From an uncultured Gemmatimonadales bacterium (lineage in GTDB: Bacteria > Gemmatimonadota > Gemmatimonadetes > Longimicrobiales > RSA9): a DNA stretch of 64,000 bases. The notes under the pieces were generated by a model. That model had not been told where the DNA came from and searched no databases. It saw only the letters and a program-made list of their open reading frames with translations. The translations under genes were made by a program, and so were the position numbers. The stretch's first letter is position 1; every line of letters starts with the position of its first letter. Where the stretch lies: NCBI GenBank assembly GCA_963708135.1, contig OY970192.1:2912001-2976000 (forward strand), in the 5' to 3' direction. Of this stretch, positions 20,637 to 31,183 are shown piece by piece.

Positions 20637-20969
20637 TCAGCTCTCGAACAGCCGGCGGCGCGCCTCCGCCTCCAGCGCCAGCCGGCCACACATCAGGTCG
20701 CACAACTCGAACACACCATCATCCGCCAACTCGTAGCGCACGTGCAGCCCGTCCCGGCGCCGCCTCACGAACCCCAGCGCGTGCAGCTGGCGCAGATGCT
20801 TCGACAGGTTCGCCTGCCCCAGCCCCGTCGCCTCCACCAGCTCCGTCACCGTCTGCTCGCCCGCCCGCAGCGCCGCCAGCAGCTCGAGCCGCGCGGGCTC
20901 CGCCAGCCCCTTGAACCGCTCCGCCACCAGCCGCATCAGCGTCGGGCTCATCTCAATGTGCTGTTCCAT
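20637..20969 (-). CDS. ArsR/SmtB-family repressor with C-terminal CxxxC
   Basis: FKGLAEPARLELL, GQANLSKHL, VRRRRDG, VFELCDLMC; start reassigned to MEQHIE. Confidence 0.9.
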   Translation of the reverse strand: MEQHIEMSPTLMRLVAERFKGLAEPARLELLAALRAGEQTVTELVEATGLGQANLSKHLRQLHALGFVRRRRDGLHVRYELADDGVFELCDLMCGRLALEAEARRRLFES

Positions 20970-20979
20970 GCGCGCCGCC

Positions 20980-21008
20980 TTGCCTATATGAGTACATGGC
21001 AATATAGT
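20980..21008 (+). promoter_or_regulatory. Sigma70-like promoter TTGCCT-N17-TATAGT overlapped by inverted repeats (probable ArsR operator)
   Basis: AT-rich island between divergent genes; TTGCC..GGCAA and CTATAT..ATATAG dyads. Confidence 0.65.
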
Positions 21009-21096
21009 TGAGGAGGCCCGACGACGCAAGACACGGCCGGACCCGCCCCGGAAGCCCGGGCGGCGCGACGGCCACGACACGCGGAGGCAAGGCGGG

Positions 21097-22098
21097 ATGA
21101 GAGCGAACAAACGGTTGCTGGCGGGCCTCACGGCCCTCACGGTGATGACGGCGGCGGGGGCCGCGGCGGCGCTCTCGCCCGTCCCGGTGCGGCCGGGTCC
21201 GGCACACGCGGCGGGCGCGGCACGGCCGCCGTTGCGGGCCGAGCTGCTCGTCTCGGCGCGCTGGCTCGCGGCGCACCGCGCGGATCCGGGCGTGGTCGTG
21301 CTGCACGTGGCAGCGGACCCGGCCGAGTACGCCGCCGGGCACGTGCCCGGCGCCCGCTTCCTGGCCCTGTCCTCGATCGTCACGGAACGCGACGGCGTGC
21401 CGAACGAGCTGCCGCCGGCGCCGGCCCTGGCGGCCGCGCTCGAGGCCGCGGGCGTGGGCGATGGCGCGCGCGTCATCCTCTACGGGGCGCCGCTCGCGGC
21501 GGCGCGGGCGTTCTTCACCCTGGACTATCTCGGCCACGGCGCGCGCGCGGCGATCCTCGACGGCGGGCTTCCGGCGTGGCGGGAGGCGGGGCAGCGGGTG
21601 TCCACGGCCGCGCCGGCCCCGGCGCACGGCGTCCGCTTCACGCCTCGCGGGGCCGCCCCGGCCAGGCGCGGCGCGGGCCGGACCGGGCTGGGCCCCGGGC
21701 CCGGCGGAATGGTGGATCTGGCCTGGGTCCGGGCGCACCTCGGGGACCCGCACGTCGCGCTCCTGGATGCGCGCCCGGAGGCGCAGTACACCGGGGCGGA
21801 GGCCGGGCACGGGGTCGTTGGCGCCGGCCACATACCCGGGGCGGGCAATCTGTACTGGGAGCGCACGCTGACGGGCGCGCAGGCGCCGCGGCTGCGGGAC
21901 ACGGAGGCGCTACGCGCCCTTTTTGTGGCGGCCGGCGCGGCGCCGGGGAAAATGGTGGTGACGTACTGCCGAACCGGGATGCAGGCGAGCTGGCTCTACT
22001 TCGTGGCGCGATATCTCGGATACGAGGCCAGGTTGTACGACGGGTCGTTCATCGAGTGGAGCGGGGAGGTCTCGACACCGGTGGAAGGGCGAGGGTGA
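21097..22098 (+). CDS. Exported tandem-domain rhodanese/sulfurtransferase
   Basis: Signal peptide; GHVPGA, ILDGGLPAW, GHIPGA, active loop CRTGMQA, LYDGSFIEWS. Confidence 0.92.
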   Translation: MRANKRLLAGLTALTVMTAAGAAAALSPVPVRPGPAHAAGAARPPLRAELLVSARWLAAHRADPGVVVLHVAADPAEYAAGHVPGARFLALSSIVTERDGVPNELPPAPALAAALEAAGVGDGARVILYGAPLAAARAFFTLDYLGHGARAAILDGGLPAWREAGQRVSTAAPAPAHGVRFTPRGAAPARRGAGRTGLGPGPGGMVDLAWVRAHLGDPHVALLDARPEAQYTGAEAGHGVVGAGHIPGAGNLYWERTLTGAQAPRLRDTEALRALFVAAGAAPGKMVVTYCRTGMQASWLYFVARYLGYEARLYDGSFIEWSGEVSTPVEGRG

Positions 22099-22177
22099 GG
22101 GTGAGGATTCGGATTGGGGTGAGTACCGGGTGGGGGTGAGGGAGAGGGTTCATCGGACGATACTGGAGGGGCTGAAC

Positions 22178-22615
22178 ATGGCGCATGGATACGGGGCCAG
22201 GGTGCCGACGCTGGTGGCGAGGCACGAGGGCGCGATGAGGTTCTCGGCGGAGATCCGCGGGCACAAGGTGATGACGGACCAGCCGGCGCCGAGTGGCGGG
22301 GATGCGGCGGTGATGCCGCTGGAGCTGCTGGGCTCGGCACTCGGGACGTGCATCGCACTCTACGTGCACCATTTTCTGGCCTCCCGCGGCCTGCCGACCG
22401 AGGGGATGCGGACCGAGGTCGTGGCGCTGGGCGCGGCCAATCCGAGCCGGATCGGCCGCTACGAGGTCGAGGTCGTCCTGCCGGACGGTGTGCCGGAGAG
22501 CTACCGCCCGCTGATCGAGCGCGTCGCCCGGAGCTGCCCCGCCCACGCGACGCTGCAGCACCCGCCCGAGATCGCGATCGAGATCGCGGACCGGAGCGCG
22601 GCACAGGCTGGATAG
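22178..22615 (+). CDS. OsmC/Ohr-family protein
   Basis: TDQP..PLELLGSALGTC and SCPAHATL two-Cys signature; GGAGG RBS before ATG 22178. Confidence 0.9.
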   Translation: MAHGYGARVPTLVARHEGAMRFSAEIRGHKVMTDQPAPSGGDAAVMPLELLGSALGTCIALYVHHFLASRGLPTEGMRTEVVALGAANPSRIGRYEVEVVLPDGVPESYRPLIERVARSCPAHATLQHPPEIAIEIADRSAAQAG

Positions 22616-22630
22616 CGCCCGGCACGGGAC

Positions 22631-23049
22631 AGAGTGGGGGAGTGGGAGAGTGGGGGACGGGCCGACTTCCGCGAGCGCCGCGCATCACTCGGCCCAACGA
22701 ACGGCGAGAGTGGGGGAGTGGGAGAGTGGGGGACGGGCCGACTTCCGCGAGCGCCGCGCATCACTCGGCCCAACGAACGGCGAGAGTGGGGGAGTGGGAG
22801 AGTGGGGGACGGGCCGACTTCCGCGAGCGCCGCGCATCACTCGGCCCGGGAGACGCGCCCGGCGTAGGCAGGTCCAACGTGGGGGCGAGCGCCGGGATCG
22901 TCTTCCGCGCCCGGCAACCGGAGGAACGCCTCGCGGCCCGCCGCGTCCCCCACTCCCCCACTCCCCCACTCTAACTTCCTCCGCGCCCGGCAACCGGAGG
23001 AACGCCTCGCGGCCCGCCGCGTCCCCCACTCCCCCACTCCCCACCCCCA
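22631..23049. repeat. G-tract/C-tract cassette (copy 3): 76-bp left unit x3, core, 76-bp right unit x2
   Basis: AGAGTGGGGGAGTGGGAGAGTGGGGGACGGG starts at 22631, 22707 and 22783; CCGCGCCCGGCAACCGGAGGAACGCC..CCCCACTCCCCCACTC starts at 22905 and 22981. Confidence 0.92.
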
Positions 23050-23050
23050 A

Positions 23051-23830
23051 TCACCCGGGCGCCGCGCGGGCCCTGCCCACCTCCCGGACACCGCCACGCG
23101 TACCCGCCCTACCCCCCGCCCGCAGCGCGATCGCGACGATCAGGAACGTCAGCAGACCGACGATGGCGCCGGCGACGATGTCGCTGGGCCAGTGGGCGCC
23201 GAGACGCAGCCGGCCCAGACCGACGGAGGCGCCGATCAGCAGCGCCAGGGTGAACGCCACGATCCGCTCGAGGACGGAGCGGGTCGAGCGCGCCCAGATG
23301 AGGGCGAGCGTGCTGTAGACGGCGAAGCTCTTGGCGGTATGGCCGGAAGGGAAGGAGGAGAAGCCCGGCGCGGCCGCGCCGCCGAGGACGAGCGTGGGCC
23401 GGGCCCGCGCCCAGACCAGCCAGGCCACGTTGGTGGCGCCGTAGGCGATGACGTAGGCGGCCAGGATGCTCAGGCAGTCGAGGGTCCGATGCCGGCGGGC
23501 GAGTGGCGGCATCGTGGCGAAGAGCACGGTGACGAGCGGGATGTCGGTGCCGAAGGTCTGGAGCCAGAGCGCGTTGTTGAAGGAGAACGGCACCCGGGCG
23601 AGGATCCGCCGGTCGAGCGCGGCCTCGCCGGGCATCGGCCCACCGCCGATGTAGTGCGCGCCGGCAGAGGCGACGAGAGCGAGCAGGATGCACAGCAGCA
23701 CGCCGCCGACGATGAGCGTCCAGAGCCAGGCGCGCCGCCCCTCCGGCGTCGCCTCGCGCCACCCCTCCCGCAGGCTCACGAAGAACCCCCGCGCCACCCG
23801 CGCCGACGCCCATCCCCCCTCCTGCCGCAT
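23051..23830 (-). CDS. PAP2-family membrane phosphatase
   Basis: RARP, SFPSGH and RLRLGAHWPSD motifs; start reassigned to MRQEGG. Confidence 0.88.
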   Translation of the reverse strand: MRQEGGWASARVARGFFVSLREGWREATPEGRRAWLWTLIVGGVLLCILLALVASAGAHYIGGGPMPGEAALDRRILARVPFSFNNALWLQTFGTDIPLVTVLFATMPPLARRHRTLDCLSILAAYVIAYGATNVAWLVWARARPTLVLGGAAAPGFSSFPSGHTAKSFAVYSTLALIWARSTRSVLERIVAFTLALLIGASVGLGRLRLGAHWPSDIVAGAIVGLLTFLIVAIALRAGGRAGTRGGVREVGRARAAPG

Positions 23831-24044
23831 GTCGTCCTCCCCGGCATCCCCGGATCGTGCGGAGCCCGCCCGCACCGCCGCGATGCGCGCCGACGCGCGC
23901 TCACGCGGCACGGGTCGGTCCCGCGCCGGCGCCCACCCCTTCAACGTGCGTGCCGCGGCGCTCTTCCCTTGATCCCGCGCGGCCGGGGGAGTAGCGTTGA
24001 GCGGCCGCTCCGCCGGTTTCCCTGTCCGACCATCCACGGCGACG

Positions 24045-26250
24045 ATGCCCGACCTCGACCTGCACCCGTCCAGGGCGGCCGCCGTGCCGTCCGCCGCCAC
24101 GCGCCTGCCCGACCGGCGGGCGTACGCGCTCGTTACCTTCGTGGGCGCCGCCCTGCTCTTCCTCGTGCAGCCGCTCATCGCCAAGGCGATCCTGCCGTGG
24201 TTCGGCGGCGTCCCGGCGGTATGGGCCACCTCGCTGGTCTTCTACCAGACGGTGCTGCTGGCGGGATACGCATACGCCCACGCCACGGCGCGGCTGCCGC
24301 GTCCGCGGCAGGGCTGGCTCCACGCGGGCATGCTCGCGGTCTCGCTCGCCTGGCTGCCGATCCTGCCGGCGGCGGCATGGAAGCCCGCCGGCGCCCTCGC
24401 CCCCGCGTGGCACGTTCTGGCGCTGCTCGCGGCCACGGTCGGCGTGCCCTACCTGGTGCTCTCGGCCACCTCTCCCCTGCTGCACGACTGGTACGGCCGC
24501 GCGGGCGGCGGGCGCGCCGCCTACCGCCTCTACGCCGTCTCGAACGCCGGCTCCCTGGTCGGCCTGCTCCTCTACCCGTTCGTGCTGGAGCCGCTCCTCG
24601 GAGTGCGGGCGCAGGCGCTCGCCTGGTCGGCCGCGTACTTGCCGTTCGCCGCCGCGTGCGCCGCGCTCTCGCTCCGCCGCCGCGCGCCGGGAGCCGGCGC
24701 CATGGAGGATTCGGCCGTCTCGGCGCCCGGCGCGGAAGCCGCCGGGATGTCCGCGGCCGGGGCGTCGCCGGAACGGCAGGCGACGCCGGCGGCAGCCGAG
24801 CCTTCCGCGCCCGCCGCAGGCGTCCCGGCTGCCGAGCGGGCGCTCTGGTTCGCGCTCGCGGCGTGCGGATCGGGGCTGCTCCTGGCCACCACCAACGCGA
24901 TCACCATGGAGATCGCCGCGGTGCCGCTCCTCTGGGTCCTGCCGCTCGTGCTCTACCTGCTGAGCTATATCGGCGCGTTCGGCGGGGCGTACCGGCGCCT
25001 GCTCTGGGCGCCCCTGCTCCCGCCGGGCCTGTTCGTGATGGCGCTGATCCTGAAGAGCGGGCCTGCGGTGCCGATCCTGAAGCAGGTCGTGGCCGCCTCG
25101 CTCGTGCTCCTCGTGGCGTGCATGGTGGTCCACGGCGAGCTGGCGCGGCGGGCTCCCGCGCCCGCCCGCCTGACCTCCTTCTACCTCACGATCTCCGCCG
25201 GCGGCGCCGTGGGCGGCGCGCTCGTGGCGCTCGGCGCGCCGCTCGTATTCCCCGACTTCTGGGAGCTGCCGCTCTTCCTGCTGCTCTCGTGGGCGCTGCT
25301 GCTGGCGGCGCTGTTCATGGACCCGGAGAGCCGGTTCCGGCGCGGTCCCCGTCGCCTGGCCTGGGCACCGCTCCTTGCCATCCTGGTCCTGGCGGGAGCG
25401 GCCTTCGCCGTGCCGCTGGAGCGGCGCGCGCGCGGCTCCATCGCCTCCGCGCGCGACTTCTACGGCCAGCTGCGCGTACTCGAGATGGGCCGCGGCACGC
25501 GCTGGGCCGCACGAATCCTCATGCACGGCAACATCCTGCACGGCGGGCAGATCCTCGACCCCGCCCGGCGCAACCTGCCCACCGCCTACTACGCGCCCGG
25601 CAGCGGCGTGGCGCTCGCCATCCGCGAGCACCCGGCGCGCGCCGCGGGGCGCCCGCTCCGCATCGGCGTGATCGGCCTCGGCACGGGGACGATCGCGGCG
25701 CTCACGTCGCCCGGAGACACGCTGCGCTTCTGGGAGATCGACCCCGAGGTCGAGCGCTTCGCCCGCCGCTACTTCACCTACCTCCGCGACTCGCCCGCCT
25801 CGACCGACGTCGTGCTCGGCGACGGCCGGCTCTCGCTCGAGCGTGGAGATGGCCGAGCCGGCCAGCCAGCACCGCTACGATGTCGTGGCCGTGGACGCCT
25901 TCTCGGGCGACGCCATCCCCGTCCACCTGCTTACCCGTGAGGCCGCCGCGCTCTACGGCACCGCGCTCCGCGACGACGCCATCCTGGCCATCCACGCGAC
26001 CAACCTCTACCTCGACCTGGGACCGGTCATCCGCGGCATGGGCCGCGCGCTCGGGATGGAGGTCGTCAAGGTGCAGCGCGCCGCGGACCCGACCATCGCC
26101 GCCACTCACAGCACCTGGTACCTGCTGACCCGCAACCAGGCCTTCCTCGCGCGCATCCGCGCCCGGACCACGCCGCCCGCCGGCCCGCGCGACCGGCGCG
26201 TGCGCGTGTGGACCGATGGCTTCAGCGACCTGCTGGAGGTCCTGCGCTGA
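24045..26250 (+). pseudogene. Fused membrane transporter / spermidine synthase-like SAM methyltransferase, frameshifted near 25845 (real or sequencing error)
   Basis: First frame LLFLVQP..IGLGTGT..EIDPEV..GDGRLSLER continues in another frame as EMAE..YDVVAVDAFSGDAIPVHLLTREA..WTDGFSDL. Confidence 0.85.
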
Positions 26251-26273
26251 GCAGGGCGCGGCCGCTTCGCGGC

Positions 26274-26546
26274 GAGAGTGGGGGAGTGGGAGAGTGGGAG
26301 ACGGGGCCCTCTTCCTGGAGCGCGCGGGTGCCGGGCCCGAGAGCGGCTCCCGGCGCACGCGGGAGCCGCGAAGGGGGCGCTTGGCGTAATCGTGATCACG
26401 GTCCCCCCCGGCGGACGCAGGAGATCGGCGCCGCTCGCACCGGCCGGGAAACGCCGGCGACCCCGGCGTACGCCGGCACCAGCGCCGCGCCCGGCTCCTC
26501 GAGGAGCGCCCCGGCGCCGGCCGCATCCCCCACTCCCCCACTCCCC
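26274..26546. repeat. G-tract/C-tract cassette (copy 4, single arms)
   Basis: GAGAGTGGGGGAGTGGGAGAGTGGGAGACGGGG at 26274 and CCCCCACTCCCCCACTCCCC at about 26527-26546. Confidence 0.8.
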
Positions 26547-26627
26547 TCATCGAGCATCTGGTCGCCGCCAATACCCATGGCTACCTTGAAACGCCTTCAT
26601 TACTCACCCGCCACTCCCGGGGCTCCC

Positions 26628-29600
26628 ATGCGCACTCCCGCCCGCATCTCACTGCCTCCGTGCCTCCTCGCGCTGCTCCTCCCCGCCTCGCTGGCGGCGC
26701 AGGTGGACGCGCGCATGCTGCGCATGCCGGCCGTCTCGGCCGACCGCATCGGCTTCGTCTACGCCGGCAATGTGTGGATCGTGCCGAAGAGCGGCGGCAC
26801 CGCGGCGCGGCTAACCACGGCGCCGGGAGAGGAGAGCTTCCCGCGCTTCTCGCCCGACGGCGCGACGCTCGCTTTCAGCGGCAACTACGACGGCAACGAG
26901 GACGTCTACACGATACCCGCGGTCGGCGGGGTCGCGGCGCGCGTGACGCACCATCCGGCGCCCGACCGAATGGTGGAGTGGTCGCCGGATGGGAAGCAGC
27001 TTCTCTTCGCCTCCTCGATGACCAGCGAGAAGGACCGGTTCAACAAGCTGTTCCTGGTGCCGCGGGCGGGCGGGCTGCCGCGGGCGCTGCCGATGCCGTA
27101 CGGCGAGTTCGGCGCGCTCTCGCCGGACGGCGCCCGGATCGCCTACACGCCCGGGACGCGCGACTTCCGCACCTGGAAGCGCTACCGCGGCGGGCTCATG
27201 CAGGACATTTGGCTGTTCGACCTGAAGGCCGGGACGGCGCGCAAGCTGACGGACGGGCAGGCCAACTACACCTCCCCGATGTGGCACGGCTCGACCCTCT
27301 ACTTCCTCTCCGACCGCGGCCCCGACGAGCGCTACGAGATCTGGGCCATGGACCCGGCTGGCGGCACCATGCGGCAGGTCACGGACCTCGCTTACTACGA
27401 CGTGCGCTTCCCGTCCATCGGCCCCTCCGACATCGTGTTCGAGGCCGGCGGCCGGCTCTACCTGCTGGACCTCGCCACGGAGAAGACCCACGAGGTGAAG
27501 ATTGACGTGGTCACCGACCTGGCGTCGCTGCGGCCGCGCGTCGAGAACGTCGGCCACTCCATCGAGTCGTACTGGCTCTCGCCCACCGGCAAGCGCGCGC
27601 TCCTCGAGGCGCGCGGCGACGTCTTCACGGTGCCGGAGAAGGACGGCGTGGTGCGCGACCTCACGGCCACATCGGGCGTCGCCGAGCGCTCGCCGTCGTG
27701 GTCGCCGGACGGGAAGAGCGTGGCCTACTGGAGCGACCGGAGCGGCGAATACGAGCTCGCCCTGCGCCCCGCCGATGGCACCGGCGCGGAGCGAACGGCG
27801 ACGCACCTCGGCGCCGGGTTCCGCTACCATCCGTGGTGGTCGCCGGACTCCAGGCGCGTGGCGTTCATCGACCAGGCCATGAAGATCCACGTGCTCGACG
27901 TGCCGAGCGGACGGGACCGCGTGATCGACCACGCCAACTATTACACCCACGGCGCCGCGGCCGGCTGGCGGCCGAGCTGGTCCGCCGACTCGCGCTGGCT
28001 GGCCTACCAGCGCGACCTGCCCAGTCGCCGCGAGGCCGTCTTCCTCTACGACACGCGTGGCGGCACCCCGGCCCAGGCGACGTCGGGCTTCTACTCCGCG
28101 TCGAGCCCGGTCTTCGACCCCGAGGGAAAGTACCTCTACTACCTGTCCAACCAGGACATGGCGCCCGTCTACAGCAGCTACGACGGCACCTGGGTGTACC
28201 CGAACGCCACCGTCATCATGGCCGCCTCGCTGCGCCCGGACATCCGCTCCCCGATCGCGCCGAAGGATGACGAGGAGAAGGCCGCGGCGGATTCGGCCAC
28301 CGGCGGCGGGGGCAGCGCGAAGGCCGCCGCGAAGAAGGGCGGGGCCGCCCCGGGCGGCCCGGAGAAGGCGTCGCCTGCGCCTGTGGAGATCGAGCTCGCG
28401 GGGCTCGAGACGCGCGCGGTCGAGCTTCCCATCCCGGCGGGAAGTTACGGCACGCTGGCCGCCGCCAGGGGCCGGGTGGTCTACCTGCGCGAGCCGCGCG
28501 CGGGCGCGGCCGCCGCGCCGGACGGGGAGCGGGCCCCGCGCGGCGAGCTCGCCTACTGGGACCTGGGCGAGCGCAAGGAGGAGACGGTCGTCGACGGGAT
28601 CGGCGGCTACGAGCTCTCGGCGGACGGGCAGAAGGCGCTGGTCTCGGCGGGCGAGCGCTACGCCATCCTCGATCTCAAGCCGAAGCAGAAGATCGAGAAG
28701 CCGCTCGCCACGGCCTCTCTCGAGGTGACGGTCAACCCGCGCGCGGAGTGGAAGCAGATCTTCTCCGACGTCTACCGCTTCTACCGCGACTACTACTACG
28801 ACGCGGGCATGGAGGGCACCGACTGGGCGGCGGTGCGCGCGAGCTACGCGAAGCTGCTGCCGGACGTGCGCACCCGCGAGGACCTGAACTTCGTCATCGG
28901 CGAGATGATCGGCGAGCTGAACACCTCGCACACCTACCGCTTCGGCGGCGACGTCGAGCACGCGCCCTCGCGCAGCGTGGGCCTGCTGGGCGTGGACTTC
29001 TCGCTCGAGGACGGCGCCTACCGCGTGAAGCACATCGTACGCGGCGCGTCGTGGGAGGCCGAGGTGCGCTCGCCGCTGGATGCCACGGGCGTGAACGTGA
29101 AGGAGGGCGACTACATCCTGGCCGTCGATGGCCGGACGCTCGACCCCGCGGAGGATCCCTGGGCCGCCTTCGACGGGCTCGGCGCAAAGACCGTCGAGCT
29201 GCTCGTGAACGACCGCCCCTCCGCCGACGGCGCGCGCACAGTACTCGTGAAGACGCTCACGGACGAGCTCCGGCTGCGCAACCTCGAGTGGATCCAGAAG
29301 AAGCGCGAGCGCGTGGCCGAGGTCACCGGCGGCCGCGTCGGCTACATCTACGTGCCCAGCACGGGCATCGACGGGCAGGACGAGCTGGCCCGGCAGTTCT
29401 ACGGCCAGTTCGACAAGGAGGGGCTCATCGTGGACGAGCGCTTCAACAGCGGCGGACAGATCCCCGACCGCTTCGTCGAGCTGCTCGACCGGCCCGTGCT
29501 CAACTACTGGGCCGTACGCGACGGCCACGATTGGCAATGGCCGCCCGTGGCGCACAACGGCCCCTCGGTCATGCTCATCAACGGCTGGGCCGGCTCCGGC

Positions 29601-29978
29601 GGCGACGCGTTCCCCTACTACTTCCGCGCCCGCGGCGTGGGCCCGCTGGTCGGCACGCGCACCTGGGGCGGGCTCATCGGCATCAGCGGCGTCCCCTCGC
29701 TCGTCGATGGCGGCGGCGTGACCGTCCCGACGTTCGCCATCTACAGCACGGACGGGAAGTGGGTCATCGAGGACCACGGCGTGGATCCCGACGTGGTCGT
29801 GCCGGACGACCCGGCCGCCCAGGCCCGCGGCGTCAACCCGCAGCTCGAGGCCGGGATCCAGCAGGTCGAGAAGCTCCTCCAGTCGAAGCCGCCCGTCGTG
29901 GCGAAGCGGCCCGCGCCGGCCGACCGCTCGCGCCCGCGCGAGGGCCTCAAGGCCGCGCCGAAGCCCGACGGGCACTAG
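26628..29978 (+). CDS. Tricorn-family (S41) protease, exported
   Basis: Signal peptide, PD40 beta-propeller repeats, GELNTSHTY, PDZ, DERFNSGG, AGSGGDAFPYYFR, GTRTWGG. Confidence 0.95.
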   Translation: MRTPARISLPPCLLALLLPASLAAQVDARMLRMPAVSADRIGFVYAGNVWIVPKSGGTAARLTTAPGEESFPRFSPDGATLAFSGNYDGNEDVYTIPAVGGVAARVTHHPAPDRMVEWSPDGKQLLFASSMTSEKDRFNKLFLVPRAGGLPRALPMPYGEFGALSPDGARIAYTPGTRDFRTWKRYRGGLMQDIWLFDLKAGTARKLTDGQANYTSPMWHGSTLYFLSDRGPDERYEIWAMDPAGGTMRQVTDLAYYDVRFPSIGPSDIVFEAGGRLYLLDLATEKTHEVKIDVVTDLASLRPRVENVGHSIESYWLSPTGKRALLEARGDVFTVPEKDGVVRDLTATSGVAERSPSWSPDGKSVAYWSDRSGEYELALRPADGTGAERTATHLGAGFRYHPWWSPDSRRVAFIDQAMKIHVLDVPSGRDRVIDHANYYTHGAAAGWRPSWSADSRWLAYQRDLPSRREAVFLYDTRGGTPAQATSGFYSASSPVFDPEGKYLYYLSNQDMAPVYSSYDGTWVYPNATVIMAASLRPDIRSPIAPKDDEEKAAADSATGGGGSAKAAAKKGGAAPGGPEKASPAPVEIELAGLETRAVELPIPAGSYGTLAAARGRVVYLREPRAGAAAAPDGERAPRGELAYWDLGERKEETVVDGIGGYELSADGQKALVSAGERYAILDLKPKQKIEKPLATASLEVTVNPRAEWKQIFSDVYRFYRDYYYDAGMEGTDWAAVRASYAKLLPDVRTREDLNFVIGEMIGELNTSHTYRFGGDVEHAPSRSVGLLGVDFSLEDGAYRVKHIVRGASWEAEVRSPLDATGVNVKEGDYILAVDGRTLDPAEDPWAAFDGLGAKTVELLVNDRPSADGARTVLVKTLTDELRLRNLEWIQKKRERVAEVTGGRVGYIYVPSTGIDGQDELARQFYGQFDKEGLIVDERFNSGGQIPDRFVELLDRPVLNYWAVRDGHDWQWPPVAHNGPSVMLINGWAGSGGDAFPYYFRARGVGPLVGTRTWGGLIGISGVPSLVDGGGVTVPTFAIYSTDGKWVIEDHGVDPDVVVPDDPAAQARGVNPQLEAGIQQVEKLLQSKPPVVAKRPAPADRSRPREGLKAAPKPDGH

Positions 29979-31183
29979 TACTCAGCCATCATGATTGTGA
30001 GGACTAAAGTTCGGTGCTATATTGTTGGCCCATCTGTCGGACCCCCAGCGAGGAGGGCAGATGGCCAAGAAGTATATCGTGGACCTCACGGACGACGAGC
30101 GGGCCGAACTCAAGCGCCTGCTCCAGGGCGGCAAGGCGCGGGTGCGCCGGGTGAACCGCGCGCGCATCCTGTTGCTGGCCGACGAGGGCGTGACCGACAA
30201 GGCGATTGCGGCCGCGCTGCACCTGGGGAAGTGCACGGTGGAGCGCACGCGGCTGCGCTTCGTCGAGGGCGGTTTGGAGCGGGCGCTCAACGATCGGCCT
30301 CGGCCGGGCAAAGCCCGGCTGCTGGACGGCAAGCAGGAAGCCTTCCTGGTCGCGCTGGCGTGCAGCGCGCCTCCGGAGGGGCGCGTGCGCTGGACCATGC
30401 AGCTCCTGGCCGACAAGCTGATCGAGTTGCGTGTGGTGGACGCGATCACGGACGAGACGGTCCGACGGCTTCTAAAAAAAACGACCTGAAGCCCTGGCAG
30501 AAGGAAGCGTGGTGCATCCCGACGGTGAGTTGGGACTTCGTCTGCCGCATGGAGGACGTGCTCGACCTCTACCAGGAGCCCTACGACCCCCGGCGCCCGG
30601 TGGTGTGCTTCGATGAAGTGCCCTACCAGCTCATCGGGGAAACCCGCCTGCCGGTGCCGGCCGCTCCGGGTCGGCGCCAACGCGTCAACTACGAGTACGT
30701 GCGCCGCGGGACCGCCAACCTCTTCCTGCTCGTGGAGCCGCTGCGAGGCTGGCGGCATGTGGACGTCACCGCCCGTCGCACGAATGCGGACTTCGCCCAG
30801 CAGATGCGCGCACTGGTTGACGTGCATTGCGCGGACGCCGACAAGATCCGCGTCGTGCTCGACAACCTGAGCAGCCACACGGGCGCAGCCCTGTACGAGA
30901 CCTTCGAGGCCGCCGAAGCGCGCCGTATCCTGCGCAAGCTCGAGTTCCATTACACGCCCAAGCACGGGAGCTGGCTCAACATGGCCGAAATCGAGATCTC
31001 GATCCTCGGTCGCCAGTGCCTGCACCGCCGCCTTGACAACGTCAACCGGCTGCGGGCCGAGACCCTCGCCTGGGAGACCCCCCGCAACGCCGTCCGAGCT
31101 CCCACCACCTGGCGTTTCACTGTCTCCGATGCGCGATCCAAGCTCCACCGCCTTTACGCATCATGACCACTGTGGCGCGGTAC
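29978..31183 (+). mobile_element. IS630-family insertion sequence (about 1.2 kb) with TA target duplication
   Basis: Ends cTA|GTACTCAGCCA.. and ..TGGCGCGGTAC|TAg form imperfect terminal inverted repeats; encodes HTH plus DDE transposase; lower GC than flanks. Confidence 0.92.
30061..31166 (+). CDS. IS630 transposase split into OrfA (30061-30489, HTH) and OrfB (DDE), joined by a -1 frameshift at A8 30474-30481
   Basis: OrfA ends LLKKTT*, -1 frame continues KKNDLKPW..CFDE..VLDNL..SWLNMAE. Confidence 0.9.

Noticed and set aside
22631..22850. Regularly spaced 76-bp (and 68-bp at 13.8 kb) repeats as a CRISPR array
   Set aside because: Units are near-identical end to end with no unique spacers, and there are no cas genes in the window.
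29991..30060. OrfB of the IS translated from ATG 29991 as a 391-aa protein
   Set aside because: Sequence before KKNDL in that frame is not transposase-like; the HTH is in the other frame, starting at 30061 behind a GGAGG RBS.
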